From Candidatus Dormibacteria bacterium (GTDB taxonomy: Bacteria > Chloroflexota > Dormibacteria > Aeolococcales > Bog-877): DNA of 64,000 bases. The notes under the pieces were generated by a model, which saw only the letters and a list, made by a program, of their open reading frames with translations, ran no database searches and was not told the DNA's origin. Position numbers and translations under genes: made by a program. Location of the stretch: contig JBOHUK010000042.1 in assembly GCA_050734395.1 (NCBI GenBank), forward strand, positions 7,023 to 71,022, given 5' to 3'. Positions 48,947-57,700 of this stretch are shown here, in pieces (positions within the stretch are counted from its first letter, which is position 1; every line of letters begins with the position of its first letter).

Positions 48947-50196
48947 GCCCCGGGCTGGCAGCTGCCCTCCTGGGATCCCTGGCACTGGCGCCGCTCGGGA
49001 CTTGGCTGGGAAGGCGGCTGCGCTGGCTGCCGGTCCTGCTCCAGGTGCTGGCCGCGGTGGCCGTGATCTTCACGGCACTGCACTCGCTGCCGCTGCGGCC
49101 GGTGGCGGCCGGGCTCACCGCCACCGGGCTGGGCCGGCTGCTCCTCAGCCGCCTGACCGCGGCCATCCTGGTGGGGGGGTGGGCGGCGGCGCTGCTGGAG
49201 CTGGGTGCCACCCGCCGCCGCAATCCCCGCCCCGGAGGAATCGCCCTCCAGCTGCTGGTGGGGGTGGCCTGCTCCGCCGCCCTGGCCCTCACCGGCCTGA
49301 TCCCGCTGGCGGTCCTGCTGGCCTCGGTGCTGGTGGCGGTGTGGGTGCGGTGGCAGCACCTGGGCGGCCCCAGCCTCCCGGTGCGCAGCCTGGCGAGGCA
49401 GGCGGCGGTCGTGCTGTGTGCGCTGCTGGCGGCCGCGGCAGTGCTTCCCGCCGAGCGCGTGGGCGCGGCCCCGGCGGTGCTGGTGGGGGTCCTGCTGGTG
49501 GGCGGCTTCGGCGGCGTGGCCGGGCTGCTGCCGCTGTCGAGCTGGGTGGGGGCCGTCTCCCGGGTGGGCCCGGCGGAGGGTTCGCTGTGGCGCATCTGGC
49601 TGGTGCCACTGGGGGTGATCAGCCTGGCCCGGGTCTTGGCGACGGAGCCCGAGCACCTGACCCAGGTGCTGCAGATCCTGCTGATCGCTCTGGGTATGGC
49701 CACCACCATCTTCTGGGGCGCGGCGGCTCTGGTGGCTCCCGCGGGCAACCGCTATCAGCGCGTGCTGGCGGCGGATGTCGGCTTCATGTGCGCGGGGGTC
49801 GCCGCCGGGGACGCTCTGGGTCTGGCGGGGGCGGTGCTGCTGGTGGTGGTGCACTGGCTGGCGGGATCCACGCTGGCGGAGGCCCCGGTGGGACGTGCCC
49901 AGCTGCTCGCCTGGCTGGGGGTCTCGGGCGTGCCGCCCTTCGGCGGCTTCAGCGCCCGCCTGCTGATCCTGGTGGGAGCCAGCTTCATGGGGCCGCTGGT
50001 ACTGGGCGGCACGGTGCTGGCCTTTGGCCTGCAGCTGGCGGCGGGTGGCGCCGGCATCGGCGAGGCGCTGCGGCGCAGCACGGTGCGCGGGCCGGCGCTC
50101 AGCGAGGCCCTGGGGCTGGCGGCGGCCGTGGCCACCCTGGCGCTGGGCATCTTCGCCCAGCCGGTGCTGCGGCTGGCCTTCGGGATCCGGCTGTGA
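48943..50196 (+). CDS. Hypothetical polytopic membrane protein C (about 12 TM); faint NuoN/MrpD-like resemblance
   Basis: 417 aa. LLPLSSWVGAVSRVGPAEGSLW can be aligned to the antiporter motif PLHTWLPDAHVEAPTPVSAL only with loss of the D/H/E positions. ATGA-coupled start. Confidence 0.4.
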   Translation: MSPGLAAALLGSLALAPLGTWLGRRLRWLPVLLQVLAAVAVIFTALHSLPLRPVAAGLTATGLGRLLLSRLTAAILVGGWAAALLELGATRRRNPRPGGIALQLLVGVACSAALALTGLIPLAVLLASVLVAVWVRWQHLGGPSLPVRSLARQAAVVLCALLAAAAVLPAERVGAAPAVLVGVLLVGGFGGVAGLLPLSSWVGAVSRVGPAEGSLWRIWLVPLGVISLARVLATEPEHLTQVLQILLIALGMATTIFWGAAALVAPAGNRYQRVLAADVGFMCAGVAAGDALGLAGAVLLVVVHWLAGSTLAEAPVGRAQLLAWLGVSGVPPFGGFSARLLILVGASFMGPLVLGGTVLAFGLQLAAGGAGIGEALRRSTVRGPALSEALGLAAAVATLALGIFAQPVLRLAFGIRL

Positions 50197-50918
50197 ACCA
50201 CCTGCTCTTCGCCTTTGCCCTCTGCGCGGCCCTCGGCGTCTACCCCGGCGGGCTGGCCCTGGCCCTGGCCGGCGTGGCCTGGGGCGCGGGGCGTACGGTC
50301 ACCGGCGCTGGCCGGGGCTGGACGGTGGCGGGCGGGCCGGGCCCCATCCTGCTGGCCGTGGGCCTGGGCGGGCTGGTGCTGGCGCCTCTGCCCTGGCCCG
50401 GCGACCCCGTGGCCCCGGTCAGCATCTCCTGGGCAGCCGGTCAGGACCTGGGCGGCATCGGCGTGAGCCTGGCGGGGTTGCTGGCGCTGCTGCTGTTGGC
50501 GTCCGGGGAGCGGGGCCGGGTCCTGGCCTGGGGCGGTGGCTGGACGCTGGGGGCGCTGCTGGTCGCCCTCAGCCTCGGCACCTCAACCTGGGGACCGGTC
50601 CTGTCCTCGGGCGGTCTGGGGGCCGAGGTGGCCCGGGTGCTGTTGGGGCTGGGTCTGCTGGGCGCCATGGCCGGCTGCCGCGGGCGCCCAGGCCGCCTGT
50701 CGCCTTACACGCCCGCGGCCTGGGCGGCCGGGGCGGGCCTCGCCCTCCTGCTCTGCTTACCCCAGCTGGTGGGCTTGCCCTTTGGGGTGGCGGTGGGGGC
50801 CTGGTGGGGGTTGAGCGGGCTGCTCGGGCTGGCCCAGGCGGTGGGGGCTCACGGGTGGGGAGATTGGCCTCGGCCGGGAGGCCGAGTTCGGGCCACTGGT
50901 AGACTCAATGTTCTGTGA
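50193..50918 (+). CDS. Hypothetical polytopic membrane protein D (about 7 TM)
   Basis: 241 aa, GTGA-coupled to the previous gene. Gly/Ala/Leu-rich with Trp-rich helix ends. Confidence 0.35.
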   Translation: MNHLLFAFALCAALGVYPGGLALALAGVAWGAGRTVTGAGRGWTVAGGPGPILLAVGLGGLVLAPLPWPGDPVAPVSISWAAGQDLGGIGVSLAGLLALLLLASGERGRVLAWGGGWTLGALLVALSLGTSTWGPVLSSGGLGAEVARVLLGLGLLGAMAGCRGRPGRLSPYTPAAWAAGAGLALLLCLPQLVGLPFGVAVGAWWGLSGLLGLAQAVGAHGWGDWPRPGGRVRATGRLNVL

Positions 50919-50975
50919 TGGCCTGGTGGGTTCCTCCGGGCGCTCCTCCACCTCCGGGCCGGGCTCAGTTGACAC

Positions 50976-51650
50976 GTGGCTGAGCTGATCCTGGCCTCGG
51001 GTTCCGAGCGTCGCCGCGAACTGCTGCAACGCCTCGGCCTGCGCTTCTCCACCGTCTGCACCAACGCTGACGAGTCGCTGCTGCCCGGGGTCTGCGCCGA
51101 TCTGGCGGTCCAGCTGGTGGCGAGGGTGAAGGCCCATGCCGCCCTGGCCCTGATCTCCCCCAAGGACGGCTTCTTGCTCGCTGCCGACACCCTGGTGGTG
51201 GGTCCCGACGGCCCGCTCGGCAAGCCGCACACGGTGGAGCGGGCGAGGCAGATGCTGCGCACGTTGCGCGGCAGCGCGCATGTCGTCCTCACCGGGATCT
51301 GCGCTCTGGGCTGCAACTCGGGCAAGGAGATGACCGGGCTCGCCCGCTCCAAGGTGCGGATGCGCGAGTTCAGCGATGCTGAGATGGAGCAGTACCTGGC
51401 GGGGGGCGAGCCCCTGGACCGGGCCGGCTCCTACGCGGTGCAGGGCCTGGGCGGCTCGCTCGTGGATGCCATCGCCGGACGCACCGACACCGTGATCGGG
51501 CTGGACTGCCAGCTGGCGATGCACCTGCTCAGTCAGGTGGGCTACCCCGACCCGCTGCCCACCGCTCCCGACCGGTCGGTGGCCCTGGGACGGGCCGCCG
51601 CCACCCGCCGCCCCCTGGCCAGCGCCAACCGGGGCGGAGGCCCGCACTGA
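50976..51650 (+). CDS. maf: Maf-like nucleoside triphosphate pyrophosphatase (septum formation protein Maf)
   Basis: ELILASGSERRRELLQRLGL....AADTLVVGPDG...GKP....AR.ML..L.G..H.V.TG....Maf/Ham1 signature. Confidence 0.85.
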   Translation: MAELILASGSERRRELLQRLGLRFSTVCTNADESLLPGVCADLAVQLVARVKAHAALALISPKDGFLLAADTLVVGPDGPLGKPHTVERARQMLRTLRGSAHVVLTGICALGCNSGKEMTGLARSKVRMREFSDAEMEQYLAGGEPLDRAGSYAVQGLGGSLVDAIAGRTDTVIGLDCQLAMHLLSQVGYPDPLPTAPDRSVALGRAAATRRPLASANRGGGPH

Positions 51651-51682
51651 CCTCGGGCTCTCACCAGCCCCTAGCGGCGGCG

Positions 51683-52603
51683 GTGGTGGTTGCCCTGGGG
51701 CTGTTGGCGGCGGGTCTGAGCGGCTGTGGCAGCAACCGTCTGGGCGGCCTGGTGGTGCGGACCAGCGTCACCTCCTACGGGCAGTCCAGCCCCACCTCGG
51801 CCGTGGCCCAAGGCACCGAGGTGGCGCTGCGGATCTCGGTCACCAACGTGGGCCAGGCCACGGTCGCGGGGGTGACCCTGCGCGCCAACGTCCCCTCGGG
51901 CTTCACCTACGTCGGCACCTCGGGCAGCAGCACCAACGGCAACGCGGTGCGCTCCGCGGACGTCAACCCTGCGGCGCGCGACGCCACGCTCACCTGGGGG
52001 GCGTGGACCATCGGCCCCCGGGGCAGCGGCCACGCCTCCCAGGTCTTGATCACGGCCGAGCTCCGCGCCACCGGCACCCCGGCGTCGACCAACTTCACCC
52101 CCGACGTGCTGGCGACCGGCTTCGCCAACGCCCTGAGCGGCGTGCCCCTGGACCTGAGCATCACCCCGGCCCCGGCGATCGGGATGCAGCTCCATGTCAG
52201 CCCCAGCGCGGTGGCCGCGGGGGAGCAGGTCGTCTACCGGATCGTGGTCACCAACACCGGCAGCGGCGCCGCCTCGCAGACTTCGGTCGGGGTGACCCTG
52301 CCCAACGGCTTCGACTACCTCTCCACCGAGTCGATCTCCGGCGACGCCGGCACGGGCGGCGCCACCTACCCCACCCAAGACAGCGAGCTGCCGATCTGGA
52401 CCGGCTTCGACATCCCCGGCCAGGGCTCTGGGGGTCCGGGAGTGCTCGCGGTGGCGTTCGTGGCCGTGGTCGAGAACACGGTCGCTAGGGGAACCTATGA
52501 CTGCTCGGCCAGCGTAGTGGTCGGTACCGGCTCCCTCACCGCGCTCCAGCAGCTGCAGAACTACTCCTCGCTGGCGCCGGTACAGGTGACCGGTCCCTCC
52601 TGA
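51683..52603 (+). CDS. Lipoprotein with two DUF11 (conserved repeat) domains
   Basis: Lipobox LAAGLSGC. Two repeats of the DUF11 pattern: GTEVALRISVTNVGQATVAGVTLRANVPSGFTYVG and GEQVVYRIVVTNTGSGAASQTSVGVTLPNGFDYLS. Confidence 0.6.
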   Translation: MVVALGLLAAGLSGCGSNRLGGLVVRTSVTSYGQSSPTSAVAQGTEVALRISVTNVGQATVAGVTLRANVPSGFTYVGTSGSSTNGNAVRSADVNPAARDATLTWGAWTIGPRGSGHASQVLITAELRATGTPASTNFTPDVLATGFANALSGVPLDLSITPAPAIGMQLHVSPSAVAAGEQVVYRIVVTNTGSGAASQTSVGVTLPNGFDYLSTESISGDAGTGGATYPTQDSELPIWTGFDIPGQGSGGPGVLAVAFVAVVENTVARGTYDCSASVVVGTGSLTALQQLQNYSSLAPVQVTGPS

Positions 52604-52716
52604 TCTGAGCCACATGGGGCTCTGCTAAACTCCCGACCGCGGGTGGCGGACGAGCCTGGCCTCGTCCCTCCGCGCCGCCCGGTCGCCGGGCCGGCGAGCC
52701 TGATGCAGGAGTCAGC

Positions 52717-53355
52717 ATGTACGCCATCGTCCAGGTGGGTGGGCGCCAGTACCGGGCCGCCCACGGCGAGCGCCTGCTGGTGGACCGCCTCCCGGTGGAG
52801 GTCGGCGCCAGGATGCAACTCGCGGACGTACGCATGCTGGTGGCTGAGGAGGGCGACGGCGACACCGCCACCATGGTCGGCCGGCCGACGGTGGAGGGGG
52901 TGTCGGTGGCGGCGCGGGCCGTAGCTCACCGGCGCGGCCCCAAGCTGCTGGTCTTCAAGTACAAGGCCAAGAAGCGCTACCGCCGCCGCCAGGGGTTTCG
53001 CGCCGAGCTGACCGAGTTGCGGATCGAGGAGGTGCGCCTGGGGGCGTACACCGAGGAGGTCGCCCCGGAGGCGGCGCCCGAACGCCCCCGCCGTCGTCCC
53101 CGGGCCGCCGCTGCCGCGCCTGCCCAGGCTGAGGTCGCCGAAGTGGAGGCGGTGCCGGCCGAGGCGCCCGCCAAGCCGGCCGAGCCCAAGGCGGCGCCGA
53201 GCCGGCGCCGCGCCCGGGCTGAGGCACCCGCAGCGGTGGAGCGGCCCACCCGCCGCACGGCTCCGGCCTCTCGCCTGCCAGGCACGGCACCGCCCAGACG
53301 CCGCCCGTCGCGCGCCGCCAAGCCCGACAGCGAGGAGGGCCAGGATGGCGCATAA
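52717..53355 (+). CDS. rplU: 50S ribosomal protein L21 with about 105-aa Ala/Pro/Glu/Arg-rich C-terminal extension
   Basis: [25 protein letters not shown].....[18 protein letters not shown] is canonical L21 (about 105 aa). The remaining half is low-complexity ([31 protein letters not shown]...). Confidence 0.9.
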   Translation: MYAIVQVGGRQYRAAHGERLLVDRLPVEVGARMQLADVRMLVAEEGDGDTATMVGRPTVEGVSVAARAVAHRRGPKLLVFKYKAKKRYRRRQGFRAELTELRIEEVRLGAYTEEVAPEAAPERPRRRPRAAAAAPAQAEVAEVEAVPAEAPAKPAEPKAAPSRRRARAEAPAAVERPTRRTAPASRLPGTAPPRRRPSRAAKPDSEEGQDGA

Positions 53356-53611
53356 GAAAGGTGGCGGCAGCAGCCGCAACGGCCGGGACAGCCAGGCCCA
53401 GCGCCTGGGCGTCAAGGTCTATGGGGGACAGACCGTCAGCGCGGGCGCGGTGCTGGTGCGCCAGCGGGGCACCCGCATCCTGGCCGGGCCCGGGGTGGGG
53501 GTGGGGCGCGACCACACGCTCTTCGCTCTCGCCGATGGGGTCGTGGCCTACCGTGCCTTCCGCACCGACCGCACCCGGGCATCGGTGACCTCCAGCAGCC
53601 AGGAGGCCTGA
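53345..53611 (+). CDS. rpmA: 50S ribosomal protein L27
   Basis: [39 protein letters not shown]. Confidence 0.95.
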   Translation: MAHKKGGGSSRNGRDSQAQRLGVKVYGGQTVSAGAVLVRQRGTRILAGPGVGVGRDHTLFALADGVVAYRAFRTDRTRASVTSSSQEA

Positions 53612-53632
53612 CCCGGCCCGGGAGCAACGCCC

Positions 53633-54940
53633 ATGTTCCTCGACGAGGTCGAGCTGACCGTGGTATCCGGGAGGGGAGGGGCCGGTTCACCGAGCCTGCG
53701 CCGGGAGAAGTTCGTACCCCGCGGCGGCCCGGACGGCGGCGATGGGGGGCGGGGTGGCGACGTGCTGCTGGCCGCGGACCCGGGCACCGCGTCGCTGCAG
53801 GCCTTCTCCCGGCAGCGTCCCCACCGGGCTCAGGACGGGGCTAACGGCGAGGCCGCCCGCCGCCACGGCGCCGACGGTGCCTCTTTGCGCCTGGCGGTGC
53901 CGGTCGGGACCGTGGTCCTCGATGCCGGCAGCGGGCGGCTGATCGCTGACCTGGACCGACCCGGAGAGGAGGTGGTGCTGGCGCGGGGAGGCGCGGGGGG
54001 CAGGGGCAACGTTCACTTCGCCACCCCCACCCACCAGGCCCCGCGCCGACATGAGCCGGGTGGCGAGCGGGTGGAGCGCCGGGTGCGGCTGGAGCTGCGC
54101 CTGATCGCCGACCTGGGGCTGGTGGGCCTGCCCAATGCCGGCAAGTCCACCCTGCTCGGGCGCCTGACCGGCGCCCGGCCCAAGGTCGGGGCGTACCCCT
54201 TCACCACGCTCAGCCCCAACTTGGGGGTGGCCGAGCTGGAGGGTGGTCGCACCGTGACCGTGGCCGACCTGCCCGGGCTGATCGAGGGCGCCCACCTGGG
54301 CGCGGGCCTGGGACTGGGCTTCCTGCGCCACGCCACCCGCACCCGCGCGCTGATCCAGGTCATCGACCTGAGCGAGGGCCCCGAGGCGGCGCTGGCCGCC
54401 TTCGCGCAGGTGGATGCCGAGCTCCGGGCCTACGACCACGACCTGGCGCGCCGACCGCGGCTGCTGGCCCTCAACAAGGCGGACCTCGTGGCCGATCCCC
54501 AGCAGGAGGCGCGCCGGGTGGGGGAGCTCCTGCCCCCCAGGTGGCGCAAGGCCACCTGTCTGATCTCAGCCGAGAGCGGCTCAGGGTGCGCTGAGCTGCT
54601 GGCGGCCGCCGCCGCTCGGCTGGGGGCGGCACCGGCCTCCCGGGGCGGGGGGACGTTCCGTCTCTACGAGGGGCCGGCCGGGGTGAGTCGCCAGTTCGCG
54701 GTGAGCCGGGAAGGCGGCGCCTTCCGGGTCAGGGGGGAGGCGGTCGAGGGGCTGGTCAGGGGCGGCGCGCTTGACGACGACCACGACCTGGTGCGGGTGC
54801 AGCGCCGCCTGCGCCGGCTCGGGGTGGAGGCCGCCCTGAGTGGCGCCGGGGCCGGCTCCGGCGACGAGGTCCTGATCGGGGAGACCAGCTTCACGTTCTT
54901 CCCTGAAGGTGAGCAGGGAGAGGGCAACGATGGCGGCTGA
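53633..54940 (+). CDS. obg: GTPase Obg
   Basis: Obg fold N-terminus MFLDEVELTVVSGRGGAG.....GGPDGGDGGRGGDV. G1 GLVGLPNAGKSTLL. G3 DLPGLIEGA. G4 NKAD. Confidence 0.95.
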   Translation: MFLDEVELTVVSGRGGAGSPSLRREKFVPRGGPDGGDGGRGGDVLLAADPGTASLQAFSRQRPHRAQDGANGEAARRHGADGASLRLAVPVGTVVLDAGSGRLIADLDRPGEEVVLARGGAGGRGNVHFATPTHQAPRRHEPGGERVERRVRLELRLIADLGLVGLPNAGKSTLLGRLTGARPKVGAYPFTTLSPNLGVAELEGGRTVTVADLPGLIEGAHLGAGLGLGFLRHATRTRALIQVIDLSEGPEAALAAFAQVDAELRAYDHDLARRPRLLALNKADLVADPQQEARRVGELLPPRWRKATCLISAESGSGCAELLAAAAARLGAAPASRGGGTFRLYEGPAGVSRQFAVSREGGAFRVRGEAVEGLVRGGALDDDHDLVRVQRRLRRLGVEAALSGAGAGSGDEVLIGETSFTFFPEGEQGEGNDGG

Positions 54941-55583
54941 GCCCCCCCGGCCGTCGGCGCTGGTGCTCTTCGGCGGCACCTTCGACCCGGTGCACCAGGG
55001 CCACCTCCAGGTGGTCGCCGAGCTGCGGCGGGAGACCGGCCAGCCGGTGGCGGTGCTCCCGAGTGGCGTTCCCGGCCACCGCCCCGTCCCGGCAGCCCCG
55101 GCGCAGGACCGGGCGGAGATGGTGAGCCTGGCGCTCCGTCACCTGGGCGACCCTGGGGCCAGCCTATCCCTGCTGGAGGTGGAGAGCCCTGGTCCTTCCT
55201 ACACCGTGGAGACGGTGGGCAAGCTGCGCCGGCGTCAGCCCGGGCAGGAGGTGGTGCTCGCCCTGGGGGCCGACGCCGCTGCCGCCCTGCCCACCTGGCG
55301 GCGCCCCGAGGAGCTGCTCCCCCAGGTGCGCCTGCTGGTCTTCGACCGCCGGGGGGTGCGCTCCCCGGCGGCAGAGGTCCTGGCCCGCCTCCAGCGCCTG
55401 GGCCTGCCCCTGACGGGCGCCCGCGCCGTCTCCCTGGACATCCCCGACGTGGACGCGACCGAGGTCCGCCGCCGGCTCGCCCAGGGTGATCCCTGCTCGG
55501 GTCTGGTGCTGCCGGAGGTGCTCGGCTACATCCGCGACCGGGGCCTGTACGGCTTTCCCCGCGACTCGCCGGTCACTTCCTGA
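54930..55583 (+). CDS. nadD: Nicotinate-nucleotide adenylyltransferase
   Basis: LVLFGGTFDPVHQGHL (the (H/T)xGH nucleotidyltransferase motif). About 217 aa. Conserved position after obg. Confidence 0.85.
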   Translation: MAAEPPRPSALVLFGGTFDPVHQGHLQVVAELRRETGQPVAVLPSGVPGHRPVPAAPAQDRAEMVSLALRHLGDPGASLSLLEVESPGPSYTVETVGKLRRRQPGQEVVLALGADAAAALPTWRRPEELLPQVRLLVFDRRGVRSPAAEVLARLQRLGLPLTGARAVSLDIPDVDATEVRRRLAQGDPCSGLVLPEVLGYIRDRGLYGFPRDSPVTS

Positions 55584-55606
55584 GGCGGTGGCATAATCCT
55601 GCCCGC

Positions 55607-55969
55607 ATGACGCCGCTGCAGCTGAGCCGGGTGATCGCCGACGCGGCGCTCGCTCGCAAGGCGCGGGCGGTGGTGCGCATCGACCTGCGGGGGCGGACCA
55701 CGCTGGCCGACTACTTCGTCATTTGCGAGGGCGACACCGACCGCCAGGTGCGGGCGATCGCCGAGCACATGGCCGAGCAGACCGGGCGCCAGGGCATCCA
55801 CCCCTTGTCCCGGGCCGGGCTGGAGGAGGGGTCGTGGGCATGCCTGGACTTCGACTCCGTGATCGCGCACGTCTTTCTGCCCGGCGAGCGCGCCTACTAC
55901 GACCTGGAGGGTCTCTGGGGGCCGGCCCGGCGGGTGCGCCCCCGGGCGGCCGCGGCCGTCCCGGCGTGA
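55607..55969 (+). CDS. rsfS: Ribosomal silencing factor RsfS (Iojap)
   Basis: L..R.....DYFVICEGDTDRQVRAIAEHM.........G.....W...DF..V..H.F. Conserved position after nadD. Confidence 0.85.
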   Translation: MTPLQLSRVIADAALARKARAVVRIDLRGRTTLADYFVICEGDTDRQVRAIAEHMAEQTGRQGIHPLSRAGLEEGSWACLDFDSVIAHVFLPGERAYYDLEGLWGPARRVRPRAAAAVPA

Positions 55970-56955
55970 CCGGGGCCGGCTTCCGCCTGGGGTGCTTCGT
56001 CCCCCAGGGCTGGCGCGGCGACCTGGCGCCGGAGCAGTCCGTCGAGCAGGCCTGGCAGGCGGCCGTCGACGTCGCCCTGCGGGCCGAGCGCAGCGGTTAC
56101 GCGTCGATCTGGGTCTACGAGCACCTTAGCCCGCTGCGCCGCGAGCCGCCCGACCCGATCTTCGACCCCCTGCTGCTGCTGGCCACCCTGGGCTGGGCCA
56201 CCTCGCGGGTGCGGCTCGGGCCGATGTGCCTGGCGGTGCCCTTGCACCATCCCGCCCGGCTGGCCCACCAGCTGGCCTGCCTGGACGTGCTCAGCCAGGG
56301 TCGCCTGGAGGTGGGCCTGGGCGCCGGCTCCGACCCGGACGAGGCCCGCGCCTTCGGCATCTCGCTGCCACCGCTGCGGGAGCGCATCTTCGCCTGCGGC
56401 GAGGCGGCCGAGCTGCTGCGTGCCTGCTGGACCCACGAGCACACCAGCTTCGAGGGCCGCTATTCGGTGGTCGAGGACGCCCTGATCTACCCCAAGCCGG
56501 TGCAGCGCCCGGGTCCGCCGATCTGGATAGCGGGCGCCGGGGAGCGGCTCACCCTCTGGCAGGTGGCCCGCCACGCCGACGGCTGCAGCCTCTTCGGGCC
56601 GCCCGCCAGGCTGGCCCACAAGCTGGAGGTCTTGGCGGAGCACTGCCGGGCGGCGGGGCGGCGCCCGGGCAGCGTCCGGGTCTCGGTCGTGCTCGACTGC
56701 CTGGTGGGGGAGACCGAGCCGGAGGCGGACCGGCTGGTGGAGCGGCACAACCGCCGCGGCGAGAGCCCCCAGGGCTACCGTGCCCGGCGGCTGGTGGGTA
56801 CCGCCGCCGCCTGCGCCCAGCAGCTCCAGGAGTATTTGGACCTGGGGGTGGACGAGGTGATCTGCCATTTCCCGGACGCCACCAGCAGCGACTCCCTGGA
56901 GCGGCTGGCGGCGGCGGTGCTGGCGTCGCCCCGGGTAGAGGCCGCCCCCGTCTGA
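55966..56955 (+). CDS. Luciferase-like monooxygenase (LLM) family flavin/F420-dependent oxidoreductase
   Basis: TIM-barrel LLM hallmarks (GYASIWVYEH, LGPMCLAVPLHHP, RLEVGLGAG). The GTGA start overlaps the rsfS stop. Confidence 0.7.
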   Translation: MTGAGFRLGCFVPQGWRGDLAPEQSVEQAWQAAVDVALRAERSGYASIWVYEHLSPLRREPPDPIFDPLLLLATLGWATSRVRLGPMCLAVPLHHPARLAHQLACLDVLSQGRLEVGLGAGSDPDEARAFGISLPPLRERIFACGEAAELLRACWTHEHTSFEGRYSVVEDALIYPKPVQRPGPPIWIAGAGERLTLWQVARHADGCSLFGPPARLAHKLEVLAEHCRAAGRRPGSVRVSVVLDCLVGETEPEADRLVERHNRRGESPQGYRARRLVGTAAACAQQLQEYLDLGVDEVICHFPDATSSDSLERLAAAVLASPRVEAAPV

Positions 56956-57055
56956 GCCGCCGGCTTGGTCTGGACGCCTTCCGATCTGAGCCGATAGCAT
57001 GGTTGGGCGCACCCTGTAGTTGGCGTGCGCGCTCACCCGGACCGAGGAGGACTGC

Positions 57056-57688
57056 ATGCACCGCAAGCTCGACATCCTGGCCGAGAAGGGCTACGTCGTG
57101 CTCCGCGACTACGACGGCCCCGCCATTCCCACCGAGGAGTGGCAGCGCCTCGACTACGTGGATTGGAAGAGCGGCGGCGACACCAACTTCGCGCCCCTGG
57201 CCTCGGCCAACGGTGACATGGAGTGCCACGGGTTCTGGGAGCACGGCAAGCCCGACAAGTTCGGGGTCTGGACTGCCAACCGGGAGATCGCTCCCAGCCT
57301 GGTGGACTATGTGGACCGGATCGGCGGCAACTTCGGCCGCGTGCGGGTGATCAAGCTCAACCCCAGCGACGAGGAGTTCGCCCTGCGCCAGCTGCACCCC
57401 GACGACAACAACCGGCTCAACCCCGAGGGCACGGGCTGGGTGGTGCGGGCCTGGCTGGAGCTGGCCGACAGCCCCGGCAAGACCACCTTCATCCTGCGCG
57501 AGACCAAGGACGACCCCTCAACCGAGACCAGGATCGCCCTCCACCCCGGGATGCAGCTGGTGATCGACACAGAGCGGCTCTTCCACGTGGTCCATCACCC
57601 CGGCCCTGAGCCGCGCTTCTCTCTGATCACCTCCTGGGAGTCCGACGACACCCTGGACAACTGGATCCAGAGCCAGCTGCCTGACTGA
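57056..57688 (+). CDS. Hypothetical protein, possibly a cupin/2OG-Fe(II) oxygenase of the Asp/Asn beta-hydroxylase-like type
   Basis: LRQLHPDDNNRLNPEG (HxD-like) and ALHPGMQLVIDTERLFHVVHHPG (distal His), spaced as in AspH-like cupins. No strong identification. Confidence 0.35.
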   Translation: MHRKLDILAEKGYVVLRDYDGPAIPTEEWQRLDYVDWKSGGDTNFAPLASANGDMECHGFWEHGKPDKFGVWTANREIAPSLVDYVDRIGGNFGRVRVIKLNPSDEEFALRQLHPDDNNRLNPEGTGWVVRAWLELADSPGKTTFILRETKDDPSTETRIALHPGMQLVIDTERLFHVVHHPGPEPRFSLITSWESDDTLDNWIQSQLPD

Positions 57689-57700
57689 GCCGACTCGGGC

